Positions 16,603 to 26,483 of a stretch of 64,000 nt of DNA are shown here, in pieces. Position 1 is the first letter of the stretch, and each line of letters starts with the position of its first letter. The DNA comes from a virus. The stretch spans positions 1 to 64,000 of the IMG/VR virus record IMGVR_UViG_3300035670_000089; one strand, 5' to 3'. Below the pieces are notes generated by a model. The model was not told where the DNA came from. It searched no databases and was given only the letters and a program-made list of their open reading frames with translations. The position numbers were made by a program, and so were the translations under genes.

Positions 16603-17829
16603 ATGTATACAGATATAAAAGACAAAGTAGGGATAAAAGAGGCAGCGGAGAAGTACCGTATAAAGATAGAGACCCATGGAAATAGTCCCTGTCCGTTCTG
16701 CCAGGGGAAGTCCTCCCTAAGCGTTAAGAACAACAAGCACTTCAGATGCTTCCGTTGCGACGCTAGCGGGTCGGTAATAGACCTATTGATTCTAAGCGGT
16801 ATTTGTAAAACAGCGGCTCAAGCCGTATACCTACTTCGACAAGACTTCCATCTAGACTTCCATAATCCCTCCTCCACTCGAAGTAAACTACTCCGCAGAG
16901 TCTTCGATATATACTGCGAAGCTATGTCCTCCGATAAAGAGGGGACGGTAAAAGATTACTTAAGCAGTAGAGGTTGGCTTAACATAGATAAGGTCGGACT
17001 CTGCACCGGCAATAATGTCCTGCAATCCGCCGGAATAGATAAAGAAGAACTCGAAGCTAATGACCTCATAAGCTATATCGACGATAGCGGTAAGTACATA
17101 GAGTACTATGACAATCATATAGTATTTCCGGTCTATGACCGTATGGGTAATATCAAACACTTTAGTGCCAGAGCCCTCGACAACCGTAAGGTAAGATGGA
17201 AATCCACTAAAGGAGACCCCGCGATCACGAATTACTTCTATAACGCGAAAGACTTATACGAACCTAACTCGAAGTATATTGTGCTCTGCGAAGGGGTATC
17301 AGATTGTTTATCCCTAAAGCAGTTGAATATACCCACGATAGGACAGTTCGGTATCAACGTAGAACTTGGGTACTTCGCTGAAGACTTCAGTAAGTTTGAG
17401 TATATTGTGGCGGTATTCGACCGGGATAAATATGCTTTGGGGGATGTAAGAGGAGGGGAGTATATCTCCTGGACTCAGATGATGCCCCGCCTTATCAACC
17501 TTATGAGTCTTACCAATACTCCTATCTACTACCTTATGGCTCCAGATATTCCCGGTATTAAAGACATCAACGATTGGTTAGTCCAAATAGACTATGACCT
17601 AGATGAGTATCTAGAGTATGGTATTAAGAACTCTAAGCCGCTACCGAGTTTGGCGTATAAGATGTACAAGCAGAAGATAGAGAAGCACGGGGAGATTTGG
17701 AAGAGTTTGTCGGTAATGCCCGACCCAACTACCTCAGCTAGACTACAGAAGCTTATATTCGACCAGTATGGAGACTGGCGTAACTATATGACGAAGCTCT
17801 TCAGTAATGACCACAACCAATCTCGATGA
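16603..17829 (+). CDS. DNA primase (zinc finger + Toprim)
   Basis: CPFC...FRCFRC zinc finger, IVFPVYD...FSARAL, LCEGVSD, VFDRD and KDINDW. Confidence 0.9.
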   Translation: MYTDIKDKVGIKEAAEKYRIKIETHGNSPCPFCQGKSSLSVKNNKHFRCFRCDASGSVIDLLILSGICKTAAQAVYLLRQDFHLDFHNPSSTRSKLLRRVFDIYCEAMSSDKEGTVKDYLSSRGWLNIDKVGLCTGNNVLQSAGIDKEELEANDLISYIDDSGKYIEYYDNHIVFPVYDRMGNIKHFSARALDNRKVRWKSTKGDPAITNYFYNAKDLYEPNSKYIVLCEGVSDCLSLKQLNIPTIGQFGINVELGYFAEDFSKFEYIVAVFDRDKYALGDVRGGEYISWTQMMPRLINLMSLTNTPIYYLMAPDIPGIKDINDWLVQIDYDLDEYLEYGIKNSKPLPSLAYKMYKQKIEKHGEIWKSLSVMPDPTTSARLQKLIFDQYGDWRNYMTKLFSNDHNQSR

Positions 17830-18665
17830 TACCTAACTTCTATATATACGCAGACCCAGACCTCGCAGCGTTACCCTATGGGGTAACAATGATCTGTCTA
17901 AGAAGAGAGTTAAAAGAGGACGAGAAGAAAAGGTACACCGAAGCAACAAAGAATAAAGAATGGGAAAAGATTGAGGAATACTTAGAGAAGTTGGAGGAGG
18001 ACGAGGATATTGTATATCAGCACGAAACGATAGACGTAGCTGAGATTAATGTCCGCGGTCTAGACTCCGTATTAAAACGAAGAGTCGAAATCTATATTCC
18101 TCAATTTATCCTTAAGACTAGAATTAAGCCTGTATGTGTATACCGTAACTCTAAATGCCCGGTGTCTCTCCATTACAAGATGGAGATGGTGGGGAGTAGC
18201 TCTTGTGTAGAGTTAAGGATAGCGCGGGATATTAGTGTGGTAAAGAGAAGATGGTTAATCCTAAACCACTGGCATAAAAGTTATCCGCAGTATAACTGGA
18301 ACGAAAACCTAGGACTCCCCACCCTCCAACAATCCCTAACGTGTCTCCAATACGGCATAAATTATAAGTACCACTACTGGGAGTACCTAAAGACAATACC
18401 TAAAGTGTGGTTACATGTACTAAAGAAATACGATATGGATTTCTACTTCGGTAGGAACTACCTTAACGACCCGCCGGAGTGGTGGGTCAAGATATTCGAC
18501 TGTCCTTTCGATGCTTACCTATCTGAGAAGGATAAACAACTACTCAGAACCTTAGTGAAGGGAGAATATAAAGGGAGTGATTTCAAATTCTTCCTGGAAC
18601 GATATCCCTCTATACAGAACCCTAAATACATAACCGCCAATGAATGGGATTGGTTAATACCTTAG
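17826..18665 (+). CDS. RNase HII-like protein, apparently catalytically degenerate
   Basis: TIDVAEIN..GL and IARDISVVKRR...YPQYNWNENLGLPT...LQYG match the RNase HII layout. The N-terminal DEAGRG motif is replaced by DPDLAA. Confidence 0.5.
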   Translation: MIPNFYIYADPDLAALPYGVTMICLRRELKEDEKKRYTEATKNKEWEKIEEYLEKLEEDEDIVYQHETIDVAEINVRGLDSVLKRRVEIYIPQFILKTRIKPVCVYRNSKCPVSLHYKMEMVGSSSCVELRIARDISVVKRRWLILNHWHKSYPQYNWNENLGLPTLQQSLTCLQYGINYKYHYWEYLKTIPKVWLHVLKKYDMDFYFGRNYLNDPPEWWVKIFDCPFDAYLSEKDKQLLRTLVKGEYKGSDFKFFLERYPSIQNPKYITANEWDWLIP

Positions 18666-18684
18666 AACTAACTAGATAAATTTT

Positions 18685-19104
18685 ATGACGCACGACTACC
18701 AGATGAACTTTTATAAATTAATAAGGATGCAACCGAAGGGATTAACGTTGAAGAAGAAGTTAGTAAGGATAGATAGGTTGTCCTGTAGGGAAGCATTACA
18801 AAAAGCGCATACAGAGTTAAATCCAACCCTAACTTGGTTTTATGCATTAGGGTCAGTCTTATTGTTTTATTACCATAAACTCTGGGGGGCGGATATAAAA
18901 GACAATGGAGAGATACAAGAATTGTACGCGCAATTAATCGAGCTATGCTGTTACGAGCAGAGAGTAGATATTAGAGGCGCGGTACAAACACCGCGGGAGA
19001 CTTTAGATAAGATTCAAGAATACACTACACTAAGATATAGACTTACCAAATTGTTAGAAGAGGTAGGAGGTAGCTTAAGTGATATTAGCGATAGACCCCG
19101 GTAA
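18685..19104 (+). CDS. Hypothetical protein
   Basis: Co-oriented ORF in the replication cluster. Confidence 0.65.
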   Translation: MTHDYQMNFYKLIRMQPKGLTLKKKLVRIDRLSCREALQKAHTELNPTLTWFYALGSVLLFYYHKLWGADIKDNGEIQELYAQLIELCCYEQRVDIRGAVQTPRETLDKIQEYTTLRYRLTKLLEEVGGSLSDISDRPR

Positions 19105-19564
19105 TGAGATATCTGGTTTTGTATACTGCGACGAGTTTAATATTATCGAGGCTGGGAATATAAAGAATGAAGAACTACTCCAGTTAATGTTAAACGTAGA
19201 CTTCCAACACCTTGTCGTTGAAAGAATTAGCTCCTATGGGATGACTGTTGGACAAACGGTCTTCGATACCTGTATATGGATAGGGAGATTTATACAACAA
19301 GCTGAGGCGCATAAGAAATGTGCAACTCACTTGATACCAAGAATCCCTATCAAGGTACATCACTGTAAGACTGCTAAAGCTAAGGATAGCAATGTAATAC
19401 AAGCGTTAAAGGATAGATTTGGACCTAAAGGTACAAAGAAACAACCGGGCGCAACATATAAATTATCGAGTCATAGTTGGCAAGCCTACGCCATAGCTGT
19501 ATACTTCTTAGACACCCTTAAAGAACGAGAAATACTTTATAATAGTAAAGAAGCTATAAACTAA
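19079..19564 (+). CDS. RuvC-like Holliday junction resolvase
   Basis: MILAIDPG, LVVERISSYG, WIGRF and HSWQAYAIA; GTG start after GGAGG. Confidence 0.8.
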   Translation: MILAIDPGNEISGFVYCDEFNIIEAGNIKNEELLQLMLNVDFQHLVVERISSYGMTVGQTVFDTCIWIGRFIQQAEAHKKCATHLIPRIPIKVHHCKTAKAKDSNVIQALKDRFGPKGTKKQPGATYKLSSHSWQAYAIAVYFLDTLKEREILYNSKEAIN

Positions 19565-19571
19565 ACTAAAA

Positions 19572-20792
19572 ATGTCTAACCTAGAAACTCCGCAAGAAAC
19601 CGAAAAGAAAGTAAGCTATACAAAGTTAAGTACTTACTTGGACTGTCCTGAGTTATATCGTCTCCGATACATAAAGAAAGAGAAAGGGGAGGGTATGACG
19701 TTGCAGGAGCCGTTAATCAAGGGAGTGTTGGCGCACTTATGTATAGAGAATTACTTGCGGGGTTTAGATAAAGACGATGCTATCGATTTATCGTTACGGA
19801 CGTGGTTATTGAGTGCATGTAACCTAGAGGGTTCAGACACAGATAAATATGAAAAAGAGTGTGGTGCGCGGGGGCAGAAAGAGAACAAGCAGGTAAGTAT
19901 CTACGACCCCATCGATTTAGATAATCTATTCGATGACAATGTAAGCTCTGCGAGTAACATTATCAATATAGACGAGTTGTACGAGTATGGAACAGTATGC
20001 GGGCGGTTGCTCCAGAGGTGTTCTGAATCGTACAACAAGGTGGATAAGATACGGAATAAAGATGGTAGTGTACCGAAGAATCCGTTGGAGTATAGTCCTA
20101 CGGAGTTCAAAGCGGAGTACGAAGCGAAGCAACTGCACTTAAAGAAATTAGAGATAGATACGAGAGCCGCGAAGCAGAACCGGGCGTTTACGCGGATGTC
20201 GTTAGCGAACATCGTAGCGGAGGCGATCTCCTTCGTATATATATTCGAGGTGCCGGACATAGTTAAGAGTGTGGAGAAGATCGAGCACAAGTTAAACGAG
20301 ACGAAGGTGTGGTTCGGTGAGAAGAAGGATATATATTGGAACGGAGTAATCGATACCGAGTATTTAACGCATGAGGGTTCTACGATAATCAACGACCATA
20401 AGAGTGAGAAGTATAAGAGGAGAGGGGAGGACGTAGCGTTCGACCTGCAGTTAAACTCTTATGCCGCGGTGCGTTGTGAACAGGAGAACAAACTAGCGGA
20501 CTATATCTCCATCACCCATTTAGGTTCCGGGTCTTTACTAGTCGCCAAGACTGACGTAGAGGTACTTAATGAGTGTATGGATTACCTGGAGTCTATACAA
20601 AAGGATATAGACCGGGACATAGAGACGAAGGGTGTGGATAACAGTTGGAGTAAGAAGTGGCCCTCTAAGTATGGGTCTCCCTGTTTGCGGCGGAAGTTCG
20701 ATGCCATAGACCAAGTCTGTCCGTATATCCGAAAGTGCTGGCCGCTCTACAGCGAGGCTTTAGGTAGTGAGTTAGATGAGTTTCTACTTTAG
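19572..20792 (+). CDS. PD-(D/E)XK exonuclease (RecB/Cas4-like, probable Fe-S)
   Basis: SYTKLSTYLDCP, G..AH..IE, GVID, INDHKS and QLNSYA; C-terminal cysteines in PC...VCPYIRKC. Confidence 0.85.
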   Translation: MSNLETPQETEKKVSYTKLSTYLDCPELYRLRYIKKEKGEGMTLQEPLIKGVLAHLCIENYLRGLDKDDAIDLSLRTWLLSACNLEGSDTDKYEKECGARGQKENKQVSIYDPIDLDNLFDDNVSSASNIINIDELYEYGTVCGRLLQRCSESYNKVDKIRNKDGSVPKNPLEYSPTEFKAEYEAKQLHLKKLEIDTRAAKQNRAFTRMSLANIVAEAISFVYIFEVPDIVKSVEKIEHKLNETKVWFGEKKDIYWNGVIDTEYLTHEGSTIINDHKSEKYKRRGEDVAFDLQLNSYAAVRCEQENKLADYISITHLGSGSLLVAKTDVEVLNECMDYLESIQKDIDRDIETKGVDNSWSKKWPSKYGSPCLRRKFDAIDQVCPYIRKCWPLYSEALGSELDEFLL

Positions 20793-20843
20793 AGACAGTG
20801 TGGTAAAGTAAGCTAGATATGTCTCTTGATAATGGTTTTCTTT

Positions 20844-20872
20844 TCGTGGGTAGCCCTTACCCACGATTTTTT
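20844..20872 (+). terminator. Intrinsic terminator
   Basis: TCGTGGGTA-gccct-TACCCACGA-TTTTTT. Confidence 0.8.
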
Positions 20873-20910
20873 ATGCCAAAGTATAAAGATAGGTGTTAAG
20901 GGTGTAGACA

Positions 20911-21630
20911 ATGAAACAACCTAATAGAGAAAAGAAAACGAAGGCGGACATAACGGCGTACATGAGGGACCGATTAGGTATTTCAGTAGAGCAAGCCGGG
21001 CGGTATATGCAGGCATTAGCGGAGTACATCACGATAAGCCTGAGTCAGGATAATGAAGTGTTGTTGGCGAAACTGGGGAAGTTAATCGTCAAGAGGGGTC
21101 AACGCAATACGATTAAGTTCCGTCCGTCGCCTACATTGGTGGACTATATCGCCGCTACTCAAAGGAATAATTTCGAGATGGCGATCCTGGACTATATACA
21201 GGAAGAGAGCAATAACGAGAAGACCAAACAACATAAGATTAATCAACGCCTGGTTACCTGGAAGCGGATTAATACTACGTTCGACCGCTATCCAATGACG
21301 CGGTACAATCTCCTCCCATATCATCTACTGGCGTATTTACAGAGAGACTTCCCGTATAAGAGGGATTGGAAGCATCCCTTATCCGGGGAAGTACATCCAT
21401 GGGAACAGATTAAGGAAAAAATATTAATTTATCGGAACATGGACATAAATGGGTATATGGTTCTCTATACAATGTGGATCTGCATAGACGACCGTAAAGC
21501 TCGGTTAGCGCGGTGGGATATAAGCAATGAGACCTTAACCTACCAACTACAGAAGGCTTTAGATGCGATACTATTTATGCTCTGCTTCCCGGAGTTAGAA
21601 CCCGAGAATATCAAATCATTGTACGGTTAA
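20911..21630 (+). CDS. HU/IHF-like DNA-binding domain fused to a ~150-aa C-terminal domain
   Basis: TKADIT...LSQDNEVLLAKLGKLIVK...IKFRPSPTL is HU-like, with a shortened arm. Confidence 0.7.
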   Translation: MKQPNREKKTKADITAYMRDRLGISVEQAGRYMQALAEYITISLSQDNEVLLAKLGKLIVKRGQRNTIKFRPSPTLVDYIAATQRNNFEMAILDYIQEESNNEKTKQHKINQRLVTWKRINTTFDRYPMTRYNLLPYHLLAYLQRDFPYKRDWKHPLSGEVHPWEQIKEKILIYRNMDINGYMVLYTMWICIDDRKARLARWDISNETLTYQLQKALDAILFMLCFPELEPENIKSLYG

Positions 21631-21679
21631 GATACAAAAGAGCCGTCATCCCCGTTGTATTAAAGAGGAGTCTCTTAAG

Positions 21680-22447
21680 ATGTATAGTCCAGATGAGAAT
21701 GTCAAAGCTGAGGAGAAGGCCCTGCAGGCTCTCGCCTTTATAGAACAGATAGAGAATTGGATAAAAGATTATGAAATCTTCCGTAAAGGACTACCCGTAG
21801 AGTACCGCGGGGAGGCGGAGATATATGAAGCCCGTATTAAAGGCATCTATGAACTTGTCGGGGGAGGAGACGAAGGCGCGGCTTCTGTAATCGAAAACGC
21901 GAAGAAACTTTCTGAGTTGGCTCCCTCTAAGATACAACGGATGGGTATCGCCAAACAATTAATTAAACTCCGCGAAGAACAACGGTTCAATATAAAAGAA
22001 CTAGCTACAAGATTTGGTATTTCAACAAGTACAGTATCAGCGTTCTTCAAGGCGTATGATGAAGCGAAGCCGCAAGAGAAGAAGAGGTTAGCGAAGAATT
22101 CTATATATAACATCCAAGAGAATATGGAGAACCTACACGCTCATCTATTAAGAGCGATGGCCAGGTTTGAGTTAGACGGAGAGGTTAACGCTAAGAATAT
22201 GAGTGAGTACCGACAACTACTACAACTAGCGAATAAACAACTCCAGGAGTTTAATAACGCTAAGAAGTTTGAACGTCTCGCTTTAACTATAGAAGAAATC
22301 CTATTAAGATATTGCCCTAAGGAATTTTGGAATGTAATTATCGAGGAGTTTCAGAACTTGGGATTATCCGGGTTCTTAGATTCAAGTGGGGCAAAGTCTA
22401 TAGAGGAGGTTAAGAGAGTTAAGACTATAGAAGCTAACCCCAAGTAG
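21680..22447 (+). CDS. Helix-turn-helix DNA-binding protein
   Basis: LREEQRFNIKELATRFGISTSTVSAFF within an otherwise helical protein. Confidence 0.65.
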   Translation: MYSPDENVKAEEKALQALAFIEQIENWIKDYEIFRKGLPVEYRGEAEIYEARIKGIYELVGGGDEGAASVIENAKKLSELAPSKIQRMGIAKQLIKLREEQRFNIKELATRFGISTSTVSAFFKAYDEAKPQEKKRLAKNSIYNIQENMENLHAHLLRAMARFELDGEVNAKNMSEYRQLLQLANKQLQEFNNAKKFERLALTIEEILLRYCPKEFWNVIIEEFQNLGLSGFLDSSGAKSIEEVKRVKTIEANPK

Positions 22448-22524
22448 AAAAAATCAGTCTATCTTGAAAACACGGTGAGTTACTCTCACCCCTCCGAGTA
22501 CATAAACATTAAGCATTGTAATAT

Positions 22525-23502
22525 ATGAGTATCATCGACGAAAGACAGGCCTATAAGCCCTTTGAGTACGAGATAGCGCATCAATTCTGGGAGTTGCAGC
22601 AGCAAGACCATTGGTTGCACTTTGAGGTATTAACTATGCCTCAGTCCGTAGACGATTGGAATTATAAACTTACGGAAGAGGAGAAGAAGATTATAGCCGG
22701 AGTACTCTTAGGATTTACGCAGACAGAAGTCTATGTCGGGATGTATTGGGGGTCTAAAGTTACGAAATGGTTCCCCAAACCAGAGATTAGAGAAATGGCG
22801 TTGTGTTTCTCTAGTACTGAGACTATTCACCAAGTCGCCTATAACTATTTGTCCGACACATTAGGGTTAGAAGAACACGATGCATTCCTCCAAGAACCCA
22901 CCGCCGCCGCTAAACTAAATAACTTTATCCATCGTAATGAACAATCCCTTTACGATATTGCTCTCTCACTAGCTGTATACAGTGGTCTAGTCGAGGGAGT
23001 TTCTTTATACTCTTCTTTCGCAATCCTACTCTCCTTCTCTAAGAGGAATCTTTTAAAAGGGGTAGGGGAGATTATTACATGGTCGGTGCGGGATGAGCGG
23101 TTGCATTCCACGGCCGGCTGTTGGTTATACCGACAATTAGTGGAAGAGCATCCCTATCTACTAGAGACGGATTTAGAAGCGAAGATTGTAGAGGCGGCTA
23201 AGATAACCCTACAGTTAGAGTTTGACTTTATCGATATGGTCTTCGGACAGTATTCGATGGAGGGTATCAATGCGATGCAAGTCAAAGAGTTTATGAAGCA
23301 CCGCGTAAACAAACAACTCAAGGATCTAAATATAGGCCCTATCTACAGCATTGACGAGAAGCTACAAAGAGAAGTATCAGATTGGTTTTACCTTATGACG
23401 GAGAGTGAGAACCATACAGACTTCTTTGCGGCAAGAGTGACTAACTACACCAAAGGTTCTTTTGACCCTAATAAAGTAGACTGGGACGCCGCTTTCTCTT
23501 AA
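22525..23502 (+). CDS. nrdB: Ribonucleotide reductase class I beta subunit
   Basis: YKPFEY, ETIHQVAY, EGVSLYSSF, RDERLH and DFFAARVTNY. Confidence 0.95.
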   Translation: MSIIDERQAYKPFEYEIAHQFWELQQQDHWLHFEVLTMPQSVDDWNYKLTEEEKKIIAGVLLGFTQTEVYVGMYWGSKVTKWFPKPEIREMALCFSSTETIHQVAYNYLSDTLGLEEHDAFLQEPTAAAKLNNFIHRNEQSLYDIALSLAVYSGLVEGVSLYSSFAILLSFSKRNLLKGVGEIITWSVRDERLHSTAGCWLYRQLVEEHPYLLETDLEAKIVEAAKITLQLEFDFIDMVFGQYSMEGINAMQVKEFMKHRVNKQLKDLNIGPIYSIDEKLQREVSDWFYLMTESENHTDFFAARVTNYTKGSFDPNKVDWDAAFS

Positions 23503-23565
23503 TCCCGTAAAGAAACAATCACAACATACATAACCTTAAACCCGACATCTATAGAGGAATATACC

Positions 23566-26412
23566 ATGTTTATCGGCCCGAACTTTCTATCGGAGTCTAT
23601 CTCAACCTCCCAAAAATCCATACCCAACGTAGCTCAAGATTACGATTTCCTCCCCGACAATCCCGAGTGGTTAACCCCCGACGCGCTATTCACTCTGCAA
23701 AACGGGTATCTACATGAGGGGGAAACCACAAAAGAGATGTACATGCGAGTCTCTAAAGCCTCGGCGCATCGTCTCCACAAACCGGAATTAGCCGACGTCT
23801 TCTTCTCTCTATTCTGGTTAGGTTGGCTTGGCGGCGCTACTCCTGTCTTAGCCAACATGGGTAATGAACGAGGACTCCCTATCTCTTGTTACTCTCTCGA
23901 AGTAGAAGACTCCCTCTCGGGTATATTTGACAGTGTTGGAGAACTCGCACATCTTTCCTCCAAAGGAGGAGGAGTAGGAATCTACGCCGGCAATATTCGA
24001 GGTAGAGGCTCCTATATCCAAGGAGGAGGGAGATCCCACGGCGTTGTACCTTGGTGTAAAAACTTCGATAGCGCCACCGCTTCGGTTAGTCAATCCAATG
24101 TCCGACGCGGCGCTAGTGCAGTATACCTCCCCTTCTCCCACAGCGACATTCGAGAATTCCTTCGTATCCGTCGACCACAAGGAGATGAAAATCTACGGTG
24201 TATGAATATACATCACGCCGTTTGTCTAACCGACGAAGACATGGAACGGATAGTAGCCCGCGAACCCGAAGCGTTTGAGTTGTGGAAAGAAATCCTCCGC
24301 ACCCGCGTTGAAACCGGCGAACCCTTCCTCTTCTTTACCGACAACGTTAACCGTAACTCCCCTCCCGGTTATATCAAACATGGCTTAACGGTTAAGACTA
24401 GTAACATCTGTCTGTTGGGAGAAGAGTTAGTTACCACATCAGAAGGACCTAAAGCAATAAAAGAGCTAGTAGGTAAGACTGTAACCATCTGGGATGGAGA
24501 GAAGTGGGTAGAGAATAGCTCCTTTGGGTATAAGGGACACGCAAACCAACTGGTGGAGGTGACGTTCCGAGACGGGAGTAAAACCAGAACTACCTTAAAC
24601 CACCGTTTTCCAACGGAAGCTTTCGGCTTTGTAGAAGCTAAAGACCTTAAGCACGGTATGACTGTAGAGACTCACACGATTCAATATAGCGGAAACGTTG
24701 AGTTAGAAGCAGCGTACCTTAAAGGCTTTTTAACCGCCGACGGGACTAGTCACAATGACAAACCTATTCTATGGTTGTACGACACTAAGTACATGTGTCA
24801 GGAAAGAATTCTATCCGCCGTTAACTCTTTGCCAGCCGACTTGTCCTACAACGAGGGTTGTATAACAGAAGCCGGCGTCAGGGCTGCTGGAGACAATCGA
24901 GTAAATGTCTTAGGACTAACCGCGCGGAAAAATAATCTTCTGCCTTGGTGTAAAGAGTACAAGAAGGAACTACCTAAAGAATACTTAGACTGGACTCTAA
25001 ACAGTAAAGCAGAATTTCTAGCTGGAGTCTTTGACGGAGATGGCACCGTGGTAAATAACAGTTACGCTCGTTGTTACCAACTAGCTAGTGTCCATAAAGG
25101 CTTTCTAGAGCAAGTGCAGTTACTCCTAAAGAGCATCGGCGTACAAAGTACTTTAAACTGTATGCGGGAAGCGGGTAAAACAAACTTCAACGATGGGTAC
25201 GGAGACTATCCTACGTTGGCTTGCTATCGCCTTACGGTATCTAACAGCAGTGCGTATAAGTTAGCGGACATCTGTCACTTCTCAAGACTCGTTAAACTAG
25301 AACGTCCTACAAAACGAGGTGCGTATAAGACTAAACCTACGCACGGGGTTGTTAAGAGTGTAGAGATTATAGACGTAGAGCCCGTTGCTACCTACTGCAC
25401 CGAAGTCCCTAGTACTCACAAATTCGCTCTAACCGACGGAAGAATGACAGGCAACTGTACCGAGGTCACTGGATATACAGATGTAGAGCACACCTTTGTG
25501 TGTTGTCTATCGAGTATGAATCTAACGAAGTGGTGGGAATGGAAGGATACAAAGGCGGTCTATTACGCCACATGGTTCTTAGAAGGAGTCATGATGGAGT
25601 TCATAGCAAAAGCGGAAGATCGTAAGGGATTTGCTAGCGCTGTACGATTCGCTAAGAAGTCTCACATGTTAGGACTAGGCGTGTTGGGTTACCACAGTCT
25701 ACTCCAGAAAGAGAGACTACCTTTTGAGTCCTACGGGGCAAGATTACTAAACCGCGCGATCTTTAAACACCTCGCTAAAGAAACCCACGAAGCCTCAAAA
25801 GACATGGCTAAAGAGTACGGCGAACCTGAATGGTGTAAAGGTACGGGAGTACGCAATACTCATACTACAGCATTAGCCCCAACGGTATCCAACTCTTTGG
25901 TATGTGGACACGTATCCGCCGGGATTGAACCTTGGGCAGCGAACTGTTTCGAGAAGAGAGGCGCTAAGGGTGTAGTGTTATTCTACAATCCTATCTGTCG
26001 GGACATCCTAGCCTCCTATGGACAAGACACAGCGGAAGTATGGGATAGTATCTGTAAAGAGAAAGGTTCCGTACAGCACTTGGATTTCCTTAGTGAGGAA
26101 GATAAAGAGATTCTCTTAACCGCGCGGGAGATTTGTCAAATGGAGATTGTAGAGCAAGCTGCCGAGAGACAAAAATTGATGGATAGCTACTCCCAAGGTC
26201 AAGCGCAAAGCGTGAATCTATTCTTCTCTAAAGACGTAGACCCCACTTACTACGCTAAAGTGCATTATCGTGCCTGGTCATTAGGATTAAAAACTTTATA
26301 CTACTGTCGTAACGAACAATCCTCCAATGTACACTCCTCAGAAAAGCTACTTAAAAAGATGAAACGAGTCGTAAATAACGAGCCAGCGGAATGTACAGCC
26401 TGCCACGGTTAA
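23566..26412 (+). CDS. nrdA: Ribonucleotide reductase class I alpha subunit, intein-containing
   Basis: ATPVLAN, PISC, GGGVG, RRGA, TGEPF, SNI/CTE, LAPTVSNS, LKTLYY and C-terminal CTACHG. Confidence 0.95.
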   Translation: MFIGPNFLSESISTSQKSIPNVAQDYDFLPDNPEWLTPDALFTLQNGYLHEGETTKEMYMRVSKASAHRLHKPELADVFFSLFWLGWLGGATPVLANMGNERGLPISCYSLEVEDSLSGIFDSVGELAHLSSKGGGVGIYAGNIRGRGSYIQGGGRSHGVVPWCKNFDSATASVSQSNVRRGASAVYLPFSHSDIREFLRIRRPQGDENLRCMNIHHAVCLTDEDMERIVAREPEAFELWKEILRTRVETGEPFLFFTDNVNRNSPPGYIKHGLTVKTSNICLLGEELVTTSEGPKAIKELVGKTVTIWDGEKWVENSSFGYKGHANQLVEVTFRDGSKTRTTLNHRFPTEAFGFVEAKDLKHGMTVETHTIQYSGNVELEAAYLKGFLTADGTSHNDKPILWLYDTKYMCQERILSAVNSLPADLSYNEGCITEAGVRAAGDNRVNVLGLTARKNNLLPWCKEYKKELPKEYLDWTLNSKAEFLAGVFDGDGTVVNNSYARCYQLASVHKGFLEQVQLLLKSIGVQSTLNCMREAGKTNFNDGYGDYPTLACYRLTVSNSSAYKLADICHFSRLVKLERPTKRGAYKTKPTHGVVKSVEIIDVEPVATYCTEVPSTHKFALTDGRMTGNCTEVTGYTDVEHTFVCCLSSMNLTKWWEWKDTKAVYYATWFLEGVMMEFIAKAEDRKGFASAVRFAKKSHMLGLGVLGYHSLLQKERLPFESYGARLLNRAIFKHLAKETHEASKDMAKEYGEPEWCKGTGVRNTHTTALAPTVSNSLVCGHVSAGIEPWAANCFEKRGAKGVVLFYNPICRDILASYGQDTAEVWDSICKEKGSVQHLDFLSEEDKEILLTAREICQMEIVEQAAERQKLMDSYSQGQAQSVNLFFSKDVDPTYYAKVHYRAWSLGLKTLYYCRNEQSSNVHSSEKLLKKMKRVVNNEPAECTACHG
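24409..25455 (+). mobile_element. Intein (349 aa) with LAGLIDADG homing endonuclease in NrdA
   Basis: Starts CLLGEELV; block B TTLNHRF; LAGLIDADG-like LKGFLTADG and FLAGVFDGDG; ends MTGN followed by Cys+1. Confidence 0.93.
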
Positions 26413-26433
26413 ATTTATAGTTATTCGTAATCC

Positions 26434-26461
26434 AGGACTATACCCCACTTGGTATAGTCCT
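26434..26461 (+). terminator. Stem-loop after nrdA
   Basis: AGGACTATACC-ccactt-GGTATAGTCCT. Confidence 0.6.
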
Positions 26462-26483
26462 TACTCATACCCCTAGTATTCTT

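Noticed and set aside
19572-20792. Cas4 as evidence of a CRISPR system
   Set aside because: Stand-alone PD-(D/E)XK exonucleases are common in phage replication modules, and there is no cas1/cas2 or array.
21680-22447. Terminase small subunit or sigma factor call
   Set aside because: Only a generic HTH is visible, which is not enough to assign either.
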